A stretch of DNA of 53,783 bases. It comes from an uncultured Candidatus Saccharibacteria bacterium (GTDB lineage Bacteria; Patescibacteriota; Minisyncoccia; Phycocordibacterales; UBA2100). The stretch is from contig CAYOHS010000001.1 of the NCBI GenBank assembly GCA_964403865.1, positions 1 through 53,783 on the forward strand. The letters run 5' to 3'. The number at the start of each line of letters is the position of its first letter. The stretch's first letter is position 1. Made by a program: the position numbers and the translations under genes. Below, one piece after another: positions 42,937 to 50,372 of this stretch. A model generated the notes under the pieces. It saw only the letters and a list, made by a program, of their open reading frames with translations, was not told where the DNA came from and did no database searches.

Positions 42937-42964
42937 AGTCTAACAGGTGGAAATCGCGGCGCAA
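42937..42964 (-). promoter_or_regulatory. Candidate metK promoter (TTGCGC - 16 nt - TAGACT on the minus strand)
   Basis: The -10 hexamer lies ~20 nt upstream of riboswitch helix P1. It is back-to-back with the + strand TGGGATAAT at 42967-42975. Confidence 0.4.
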
Positions 42965-42980
42965 GGTGGGATAATGAGGC

Positions 42981-45146
42981 GTGGCAAAGCGACCGCGACA
43001 AACTCTAGAACATGGCATCGGCATGCCGGCACGCAGATTGGTCGAATCACTCCCCGATGGGAAGGCCATCGTGCGGACCGGATATGACGACAAGAGTGAA
43101 CGCTTTGGGTCATCGCTCATCGTACCCGCAGCTCAAGCCGTCGAAAGACCCTCTCGATCCAGTGGGCCACCGATGTCACCTAATGCCGATACCGCATCCC
43201 AATCTGCTCCTGAAAATCGTCAATTAAGGAAATTGGAGTTCGGAAATTTTCCGACAGTGCTGGGAGACCTACAGAAAAATGGCGTAACTGCTGTGAATAT
43301 AAACTGCTCCTCCAACCAGGATGCCTTCGGCGTCAGTCGGTCAGGAAATAGTCTCGCTATTGGCGATGGTCTTGGAAGTTACGCATACAGCGGAGGTGCC
43401 TCTCGCTTGGTGACGAGAGTATGTGCTGAGGATGATTGTCAGAGGCTTATGACCGAGGATTGGAAGCAGTGGTTGGAGCAAGATGTCGGTGAGGCAATAC
43501 GTTCGGATCCGGGTTTCGTCAGGAAATTCGAAAAGAAGACATCTTCCGACAGGGCTCTAACGACATTGACTGCCGCACGACGAGTCGATGGCACCGAGGG
43601 TGTTTTTCGATACTTTGTACTGGGCGATAGTCCGCTGTATGTCGTGGATGATAAGAACGAGATCCGTACATCAGTGGGAACGGAAACCGCAGGCGACAGT
43701 GGCGTGGATGGCCATGTGGAGATATTCCCAGACGGGAGAGTGATCGTTACCGGAGAACCGAAACAAGGTACGGTAAAACTCGAGCCAGGATGGAAGCTGG
43801 TTCTGGCTTCCGACTACGTCTCTGATGGGCTCGTCAGGCCGCTAGACGAAGCACGAGCTGTGCGAGATTCACTGCGTCAAGAGAAAAAAGAGGGGGGTTA
43901 TGCGTACATAAACGGTAAAACCGTACCGCCGAGTCGAATCCCGATGAAAGCAGGTGAATCTCAGGAGGAATACATGGCGCGCCTCAAAGACAAATATGAT
44001 TGGCACCCTTGGATCGATAGCGTTCATGACAAGAATCTAGAACATGCCGAGAAAGTGGTCGCATTTCAAAAAAGCTTTGCAGAAGATCCCGAGAAAGTCT
44101 TCGAAAAATACAAAAATGATGCGGCGATACTGTCTGAGCTCCGAGGATATCATGCTAAAAATCAGCGATCGCTCGCTCAGCTCTTAGATATGACAACTGC
44201 GGAACTCGAGACGCATGTAAAAGATAGGGAGGGTAGATGGAAGGATGATGATCTGACTCTCGGCATCTTTGGTTACGCAAGAGGCGAAGAGATATCGGAT
44301 GCAGCGGACACGATCCCAGGTGCTGACACTATGGCCGGAGGTGCTGGGACTGATTCGATTGCTGGCGGTGAGGGCGACGATACAATACCTGCTGCAGCGG
44401 GTGGTGGCGCTGCTGGCGGAGAACCGCCGGTGACTCCACCCGAGCCGCCAGCGCCGGTGCCTGGTCCTGAGCCGACACCAAGGCCTGCTGCAGCGGCCGA
44501 AGATCCGGCGGTGTTGGCAGCAAAGTGGGCTGAGCTACAGGCAGAGATCGCAAAAAGCAGAGCACTCGAAGCTCAGCTTGCGGCGATTCGAGCGGGAACA
44601 GATCGAATACTCAGCGCGCCTGCACCTGCACCGGCTCCTGCTCCTGTAGATCACGCGATTGAGCCAGCCCCGCGTCCGACCCCGGATCACACGCCGACGA
44701 CTGAACCAGCACCCCACACACCTGATGCGCACCCCGCACCGCACAGCCCCGACGCACACCCGACCGCCGATCGTCACGGTGCAGGACATGATGCACATCC
44801 GCCGGGCGGCCATGGACATGGTCACGGCCATGGCGATGGGCATGGGCATGGCGAGCCATGGCACCTCCCGCGCAATGCATCTGAAGCGGGATATCTCATC
44901 GCGGCGATCGGCATAGGTACATGGAACGTGGCGAAGTTCTTCTGGCAGTTCGTGCTGCACCCGATAATCCATACGACGGGGTATGTCATCTCCGGCGATG
45001 CAAAACATCCGTGGAAGAGTTTCTGGGACGGTTTTACCGGTGATCTGAAGAAAGCGTTCTTCGGGAAGGGTGGTGGAGGAAAGTCGCACGGAGGTGGCCA
45101 TGGAGGCGGAGGTCACGGCGGGGGAGGACATGGCGGTGGTCACTAA
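42981..45146 (+). CDS. Membrane protein with an N-terminal PP2C-like phosphatase domain carrying a long insertion, a Pro/Ala-rich linker, His-rich tracts, one TM helix and a Gly/His C-terminal tail
   Basis: PP2C-like blocks DAFGVS, AIGDGLGSYAYSGGASR, FVLGDSPLYVV, LVLASDYVSDGL and DDDLTLGIF. Also HGAGHDAHPPGGHGHGHGHGDGHGHG, a TM helix YLIAAIGIGTWNVAKFFWQFVL and a tail GGGGKSHGGGHGGGGHGGGGHGGGH. The GTG at 42981 lies 5 nt after GATAAT; alternative starts are 43023 and 43173. Confidence 0.7.
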   Translation: MAKRPRQTLEHGIGMPARRLVESLPDGKAIVRTGYDDKSERFGSSLIVPAAQAVERPSRSSGPPMSPNADTASQSAPENRQLRKLEFGNFPTVLGDLQKNGVTAVNINCSSNQDAFGVSRSGNSLAIGDGLGSYAYSGGASRLVTRVCAEDDCQRLMTEDWKQWLEQDVGEAIRSDPGFVRKFEKKTSSDRALTTLTAARRVDGTEGVFRYFVLGDSPLYVVDDKNEIRTSVGTETAGDSGVDGHVEIFPDGRVIVTGEPKQGTVKLEPGWKLVLASDYVSDGLVRPLDEARAVRDSLRQEKKEGGYAYINGKTVPPSRIPMKAGESQEEYMARLKDKYDWHPWIDSVHDKNLEHAEKVVAFQKSFAEDPEKVFEKYKNDAAILSELRGYHAKNQRSLAQLLDMTTAELETHVKDREGRWKDDDLTLGIFGYARGEEISDAADTIPGADTMAGGAGTDSIAGGEGDDTIPAAAGGGAAGGEPPVTPPEPPAPVPGPEPTPRPAAAAEDPAVLAAKWAELQAEIAKSRALEAQLAAIRAGTDRILSAPAPAPAPAPVDHAIEPAPRPTPDHTPTTEPAPHTPDAHPAPHSPDAHPTADRHGAGHDAHPPGGHGHGHGHGDGHGHGEPWHLPRNASEAGYLIAAIGIGTWNVAKFFWQFVLHPIIHTTGYVISGDAKHPWKSFWDGFTGDLKKAFFGKGGGGKSHGGGHGGGGHGGGGHGGGH

Positions 45147-45273
45147 TCTTCACTAGCGCTACTGTTTCGATTGCTAATCTGGCGCGATGAGACGTTCGGT
45201 TCATCGCGTGCCACCGACGATATCCTCTGGCAGCGAGCTGACGCCACGCAGGCGTCGTGCTAGTATCACCGCC

Positions 45274-46218
45274 ATGAAGAAGGTGGTCCGGATCGGCGGC
45301 GGTTCGAGCGGCTATACGGTGCTGCGTGGTCTCAAGGAGCTGCCGATCGAACTGACAGCCGTAGTCAACATGTTCGATTCCGGCGGCTCGTCGGGGGTCC
45401 TGCGCGACGAATTTGGCATCCTGCCGCCGGGCGACGTGCGACGTGCACTCGCGGCGCTCGCAGAAGGTCCTCGTGGGCTCATCTTGCGCGAACTTTTCAA
45501 TTTCCGATTCGACGAGGGCAGCTCCGTCAATGGTCACAGCTTTGGCAATCTCTTCCTCGCCGCGCTCGCGTCGATCTACGGCAGCGACATCGAAGCTATC
45601 CGCAAGGCATCGGTTGCGCTCGGCCTTACCGGGAAAGTGCTTCCGGTGTCGCTCGACAAATCGCACATTCACGCGGTCTTGGCCGATGGTACCGAGATAG
45701 TCGGCGAGACCAATATCGACATCCCGAAGCACGATGGCTCGATCCCTATCGAACGCATCTTCCTCGATCCTCCCGCGAAGATATTCGAGGAGACTGATGC
45801 GGCGGTGCGCGAGTCCGATCTCATCGTCCTCGGCCCGGGAGATCTGTACACCTCGATCCTTCCCAACATCCTCGTCGAAGGTATGCCCGAAGCGCTCAAG
45901 GCGACGAAAGGAAAGACCGTCGTGATCTGCAATCTCATGACCAAGTGGGGAGAGACGCACGGATTCACCGCAGCAGACATGGTGCGCGAATTGCTCCGCT
46001 ACTCCGGCCTCGAGCGATTCGATTACGCGATCTGTCACACCGCCGAGCTCGATCCGAAACTCGTGGCGGCATATGAGAAGGAGAAGAAATACCCGATGCG
46101 TTACGACGCAGCGCTGGAAGGTCTTGTGCGCAAGGTCATCACCGGTGATTTTGCCTCCGAGGCGGATATCGCTCGTCATGACGGCGAAAAGCTTGCGCAC
46201 GTTTTGGCAGATTTGTGA
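45274..46218 (+). CDS. YvcK/CofD-family (UPF0052) protein
   Basis: KVVRIGGGSSGYTVLRGLK, VVNMFDSGGSSGVLRDEFGILPPGDVRRAL and LGPGDLYTSILPNIL. The ATG lies 7 nt after TAGTAT (45261-45266). Confidence 0.85.
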   Translation: MKKVVRIGGGSSGYTVLRGLKELPIELTAVVNMFDSGGSSGVLRDEFGILPPGDVRRALAALAEGPRGLILRELFNFRFDEGSSVNGHSFGNLFLAALASIYGSDIEAIRKASVALGLTGKVLPVSLDKSHIHAVLADGTEIVGETNIDIPKHDGSIPIERIFLDPPAKIFEETDAAVRESDLIVLGPGDLYTSILPNILVEGMPEALKATKGKTVVICNLMTKWGETHGFTAADMVRELLRYSGLERFDYAICHTAELDPKLVAAYEKEKKYPMRYDAALEGLVRKVITGDFASEADIARHDGEKLAHVLADL

Positions 46219-46253
46219 TTCGACACCGGCCCGACCGGTGCTATCATCTTCGT

Positions 46254-46754
46254 ATGGACTCACGACGCGTCGTCTTCGTGCTCATCATACTGATGCTCAT
46301 CATCGCGGGCATGGTCTTCTATGCAGCACTGCCGCGCCTGATCCCTCCCAGTTCGGTGCCTGTGGACGACACGCCTACGCCGGCCCCTGCTCCCGCTACG
46401 ACCACAAAACCATCTGAGCCGGCGGCATCATCGCTCTCCGCACAGGTCGTCGTGGATACGCCTGCTATGGGGGCAAAAGTCGGGCATGTTTTCACGATCA
46501 CCGGTAAGGCTCCCGGGCCATGGTATTTCGAGGCGAGCTTCCCGATCATCGTCACCGACGCTGAAGGCAACAAGATCGCGACCTCCCACGGGCAAGCACA
46601 AGGGGACTGGATGACGACGGCGCTCGTGCCGTTCACCGCCCAGGTGGATGTCGGGGCGTACACGGGGCCGGCGACGATCAATCTCTTACGAGACAACCCC
46701 TCCGGCCTACCCGAAAACGATGATTCCATCGCGCGCGATGTAGTGATACAGTAA
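46254..46754 (+). CDS. Membrane-anchored Gmad2 Ig-like domain protein
   Basis: N-terminal TM, a Pro/Thr linker, then FTITGKAPGPWYFEASFPIIVTDAEGNKIA...DWMTTALVPFTAQVDV. The ATG lies 6 nt after TATCAT (46242-46247). Confidence 0.75.
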   Translation: MDSRRVVFVLIILMLIIAGMVFYAALPRLIPPSSVPVDDTPTPAPAPATTTKPSEPAASSLSAQVVVDTPAMGAKVGHVFTITGKAPGPWYFEASFPIIVTDAEGNKIATSHGQAQGDWMTTALVPFTAQVDVGAYTGPATINLLRDNPSGLPENDDSIARDVVIQ

Positions 46755-46760
46755 TCGCAT

Positions 46761-47483
46761 ATGCCTATCGAAAAAAACACGGTTGCGCCTGCGCTCGTCC
46801 TCGGTCTCTGCCTCATGGGGGCAGCCGCCATCGGCGCGTACGCCTTTTACAAGGTCCACACGCTGGACAACACCCTCACCGTCACCGGCTCGGCGACTAC
46901 CGATGCGACTGCCGATTCAGCCAAATGGACGGTCTCGCTCTCACGCTCTGCCTACGAGGCAGATCTCCCGAACGCACAGACGCGGATAGCGAACGACGCC
47001 AAGCAGGTCTCCGACTTTTTCACGAAGGGTGGCATCGCTTCTGACAAGGTGACCATCAGCCCGGTCTACGTGGACAGGGAATACTCCTCGGACCAGAATG
47101 CCCCTTTGCGCTACACGGTACGTACCGATGTGTCCGTCGAATCCGATAGGCCGGAGCTCGTCCAAAAGCTTTCCAAAGACATCAGCGCTCTTGCCGCACG
47201 CGGCATTGTCGTCTCGGCCCAGATGCCGCAGTACTACATCTCGAATCTTCCGGAACTGCGTGTCTCGCTCATCGGCAAGGCTGTCGAGGACGCCAAGGCC
47301 CGCGCAGAGCAGATAGCAAAGTCGACCGACCGTTCCGTGGGTGCTCTGCAATCTGCCTCGGGCGGAGTCGTGCAGGTCCTCGCAGCCGGTTCCGTCGACA
47401 TCTCCGACTACGGAAATTACGACACCTCGACTATCGACAAGAAGGTCATGGTGACGGCACGTGCGACGTTTTATCTCCGATAG
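46761..47483 (+). CDS. SIMPL-domain (DUF541) periplasmic protein
   Basis: N-terminal anchor, then LTVTGSATTDATADSAKWTVSLS ... KAVEDAKARAEQIAKSTDRSVGAL ... KKVMVTARATFYL. Confidence 0.8.
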   Translation: MPIEKNTVAPALVLGLCLMGAAAIGAYAFYKVHTLDNTLTVTGSATTDATADSAKWTVSLSRSAYEADLPNAQTRIANDAKQVSDFFTKGGIASDKVTISPVYVDREYSSDQNAPLRYTVRTDVSVESDRPELVQKLSKDISALAARGIVVSAQMPQYYISNLPELRVSLIGKAVEDAKARAEQIAKSTDRSVGALQSASGGVVQVLAAGSVDISDYGNYDTSTIDKKVMVTARATFYLR

Positions 47484-47491
47484 ATCCAGAC

Positions 47492-47857
47492 ATGGGCGAA
47501 GACATTATCCGATTTGCACATCATCGCTCACCGGATGATATCCAGGCTGATTGGATGCGTCTCGATACGTTAGCGGGAGAAACGCATCGCCTCCTTGAGA
47601 AATATTCGCGTCTTATCGGTCCGCTTGAGGATGCTGATCCAGATCGGTTCCAGAGGGAAAAGAAGAATATAGAGACCATTGACCAGAATACGACGACTGT
47701 TCGCGCGTATCTCAACGCACCCCATCAAACATCGCCTGAAGGCATCCTCTCGCTGATAAGTACACTCACCAACAACCTCATGTTCTTGAGATCACAGATG
47801 AATGAGCCGTCCGATGGCACTGAGGGTTCAGGTGCTTCATCCGGCGCGGGCAAGTAA
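47492..47857 (+). CDS. Hypothetical 121-aa acidic protein in an A/T-richer patch
   Basis: ORF with no overlap to its neighbours and a helical-looking sequence. No recognisable motif. Confidence 0.5.
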   Translation: MGEDIIRFAHHRSPDDIQADWMRLDTLAGETHRLLEKYSRLIGPLEDADPDRFQREKKNIETIDQNTTTVRAYLNAPHQTSPEGILSLISTLTNNLMFLRSQMNEPSDGTEGSGASSGAGK

Positions 47858-47933
47858 CAAAGAGCGGTGTTCTTCACGTGGTTTCCACATGCGTACGCGT
47901 ATAGTGCGGGCATTACCCGCTAGCTATGCATCT

Positions 47934-48032
47934 ATGGACTCAGAACAGAATGAGAATGCTCGTGTGTGTCCCAAGTGCAACCACGAGCACGAGAAGGGAG
48001 AAGCGTGCGCCCAGTGCGGTTGCGATGCCTAG
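47934..48032 (+). CDS. Possible zinc-ribbon microprotein (32 aa; 47 aa if started at 47889)
   Basis: CPKCNHEHEKGEACAQCGC gives CxxC...CxxC. TAGCTA lies 7 nt upstream of the ATG at 47934. Short ORF, so low certainty. Confidence 0.3.
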   Translation: MDSEQNENARVCPKCNHEHEKGEACAQCGCDA

Positions 48033-48064
48033 CGCACTGTAGATGGACCGTGTAGCATGCCCGC

Positions 48065-48727
48065 ATGGCACCAGATGCTGTGCGGGCTGCTCGTGCACGT
48101 GCGATCGTGCGTTATCTCAAGCGCGCATATCCCGCGCCCAAGAGCGAGCTCAAGTATCAGACACCATTCCAGTTTCTCGTAGCGGTCATGTTGAGCGCGC
48201 AGTGTACCGACAAGAAGGTGAATGCCGTCACCGAGAAGCTCTTCAAGAAGCTCCGCACCCCGGCGGATTTTGCGGCTCTCGATGAGAGCGAGCTGGCGAT
48301 GCAGATATCGAGCATCACCTATTTCAATGCAAAGGCCCGCCATGTGATCGCGACGGCACGCAAGATAGGGTCCGAATTCGGCGGTCAGGTTCCGCGTACC
48401 GAAGCGGAGCTCGTCTCGTTGCCAGGTGTCGGCTACAAGACCGCGCACGTGGTGATGGGTGAGCTGTTCGGTGCGTGGGAGGGGATTCCGACCGACACTC
48501 ACGTGAAGCGTTTTGCGCATCGCTTCGACCTCACGCGGCATACTGACCTCAAGAAGATATCGAAAGACCTCGAGGCCTTGGTGCCCAAGGAGGATTGGAA
48601 GTATGTGAATAACGGGCTCGTGCTGTATGGGCGCTACATATGCCCGGCTCGGCCACACGACTGCTCGAAGCATGCCCTTACAAAGATCTGGCCACCGAGT
48701 GCTACCCGGTGGCCGAAGGCTCATTGA
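48065..48727 (+). CDS. nth: Endonuclease III (HhH-GPD DNA glycosylase/AP lyase) lacking two of the four Fe-S cysteines
   Basis: LVAVMLSAQCTDKKVN, LPGVGYKTAHVVM and TDTHVKR. The C-terminus reads YICPARPHDCSKHALTKIW instead of C-x6-C-x2-C-x5-C. TAGCAT lies 6 nt before the ATG. Confidence 0.9.
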   Translation: MAPDAVRAARARAIVRYLKRAYPAPKSELKYQTPFQFLVAVMLSAQCTDKKVNAVTEKLFKKLRTPADFAALDESELAMQISSITYFNAKARHVIATARKIGSEFGGQVPRTEAELVSLPGVGYKTAHVVMGELFGAWEGIPTDTHVKRFAHRFDLTRHTDLKKISKDLEALVPKEDWKYVNNGLVLYGRYICPARPHDCSKHALTKIWPPSATRWPKAH

Positions 48728-49077
48728 GAGTCCGGTCGTGGGAGCAAGGTCCCTCGCGCCGATCTGTCAGACTGGATTCGCGCCATCATGGAATGAAGTG
48801 CGATTTCGGACACGCCTTTCCGATAACCGAACTCGCGCAGCGCCGCGTTGAAGAACATGATCAGCACGAGCATGACCTCGTCCATATCGCTCACCGCTTT
48901 TTTCTTAGCCCATTCCCGAATCTCGAGCTGTTCGGATTCGGGGAACGTGCAGAGTATGATCCGAGACCATTGCCTTCGTTCGTCCCATGTCGTGAAGTAA
49001 CGTTTTACGCATCGCGCGAGACGGTTGAAGAGCAGTGGCTCGATCCTCCCTGTCGGGAGGTCGTACATATCGGACAT
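48721..49077 (-). CDS. Hypothetical 118-aa protein
   Basis: The ATG is preceded by GGGAGGA with a 6-nt spacer. It is convergent with nth and overlaps it by 7 nt. Confidence 0.55.
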   Translation of the reverse strand: MSDMYDLPTGRIEPLLFNRLARCVKRYFTTWDERRQWSRIILCTFPESEQLEIREWAKKKAVSDMDEVMLVLIMFFNAALREFGYRKGVSEIALHSMMARIQSDRSARGTLLPRPDSQ

Positions 49078-49133
49078 GAGTGTCCTCCCTGGTGATGGCC
49101 TCAGGGCACTATACGGAAATCACAGCGAAGGAG

Positions 49134-49169
49134 CAACAAAAGAAAGCCGGGCGCAGATGTGCGCCCGGC
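49134..49169 (-). terminator. Intrinsic terminator GCCGGGCGCA-cauc-UGCGCCCGGC followed by UUUCUUUUGUUG (minus strand)
   Basis: Perfect 10-bp stem (49146-49169) plus a U-rich tail, 26 nt after the stop codon of the 49195-49551 ORF. Confidence 0.7.
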
Positions 49170-49194
49170 ATGGTCTCGATGGTGTCCCCGTGCT

Positions 49195-49551
49195 TCAGGC
49201 TGCGATGTTCTGCGGAGACGGCAGATAGTCATGGGGGGCGATATGCCCGCCGATGATCTTATCGGCGATCTCGTCCAGATGCAGCTTGTCATGTCGCGGG
49301 TCATTCTTGATAGCCGCGAGCCAGATGAGCGTGAGTTCGTCGGGCGGAAATCCGGAGAAGTGCGCCTTGAGAACCCTGAACATCGGAACGCCTGCAGAAC
49401 GCAAGGAACCGAGCGTGAGAGTCTTCCTCAACGCATTGATCGGTTGGCTCGCACGACCTTCGTTCTTCCAGAGGACTGCACGCGAACGGAGGACCGTCGG
49501 CGTGATGCCCTCAGGGCAGTGTGCGAAGCAGATCGGCTTTTCTTGAGCCAT
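49195..49551 (-). CDS. Hypothetical 118-aa protein
   Basis: AAAGGTGA lies upstream of the ATG at 49551, and a strong terminator lies downstream. No recognisable motif. Confidence 0.55.
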   Translation of the reverse strand: MAQEKPICFAHCPEGITPTVLRSRAVLWKNEGRASQPINALRKTLTLGSLRSAGVPMFRVLKAHFSGFPPDELTLIWLAAIKNDPRHDKLHLDEIADKIIGGHIAPHDYLPSPQNIAA

Positions 49552-49676
49552 CAATCACCTTTGTTGTTGGTTTCATCGAGACGACGGCGCAGAGCCGTCG
49601 TACGCTGAATATAAGCCATTATTAGACCATTGTAAACCCTTTTCGTCATATACGGCCGATGAGGTACCATGGGGCC

Positions 49677-50372
49677 ATGGAAGACATCGGACGAAAAGTG
49701 GCGATATTCGACATCGATGGCACCATCTTCCGCTCTTCGCTCCTGATACAGCTCGTCGACCAGCTGATACGCGATGGCGTATTCCCCGAAGAAGTGCAGC
49801 GCGTGTATGCAAAGCAGCTTGAGGAATGGCAGGATCGCGAAGGGGACTACCAGGCATACATCGAGGCGGTGGTCCGTGCGTTCAAGGAGAACATAAAGGG
49901 AGTGCATTACGGCAAGCTCGCCGACGCCGCGGAGACCGTCGTCGCCGCGCAATGGAAGCGAACGTATCGCTATACCCGAGAGCTCATCAAAGAATTGAAG
50001 CGTAAGAAATATTTCCTGCTCGCGGTGTCGCACTCGCCGAAGACCGTGCTCGATAAGTTTTGTCCGCGACTCGGTTTCGACAAGGTCTATGGCATGCTCT
50101 ACGAGATCGGACCGCAGGAATGCTTCACGGGCAATGTCATCGACGAGCATCTCATATTCAACAAGGCCAACATCATCCGTCGCGCTGCCGAGAAGGAGAA
50201 GCTCCTCCTTGCGGATTCGGTCGGCGTAGGGGATACCGAGAGCGACATCCCGATGCTCGACGCGGTCGAGCAGCCGATCTGCTTCAATCCGAATGCGAAA
50301 CTGTATGCACATGCCAAGCGCGCCGGGTGGAAGGTGGTTGTGGAGCGCAAAGATGTAATCTACGAACTATGA
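49677..50372 (+). CDS. HAD-IB family hydrolase (SerB-like/phosphatase)
   Basis: Motif I VAIFDIDGTIFRSSL, AVSHSP and GVGDTESDIPML. The ATG lies 6 nt after TACCAT (49665-49670). Confidence 0.8.
   Translation: MEDIGRKVAIFDIDGTIFRSSLLIQLVDQLIRDGVFPEEVQRVYAKQLEEWQDREGDYQAYIEAVVRAFKENIKGVHYGKLADAAETVVAAQWKRTYRYTRELIKELKRKKYFLLAVSHSPKTVLDKFCPRLGFDKVYGMLYEIGPQECFTGNVIDEHLIFNKANIIRRAAEKEKLLLADSVGVGDTESDIPMLDAVEQPICFNPNAKLYAHAKRAGWKVVVERKDVIYEL

Noticed and set aside
44770-45146. Short tandem GGNCAT / GGNGGNCAC repeats that might suggest a CRISPR-like or microsatellite array
   Set aside because: The repeats are in-frame Gly-His codons inside a long ORF. They lack spacers of constant length and are far too short for CRISPR repeats. 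No regularly spaced 25-40 nt direct repeats were seen anywhere in the window.
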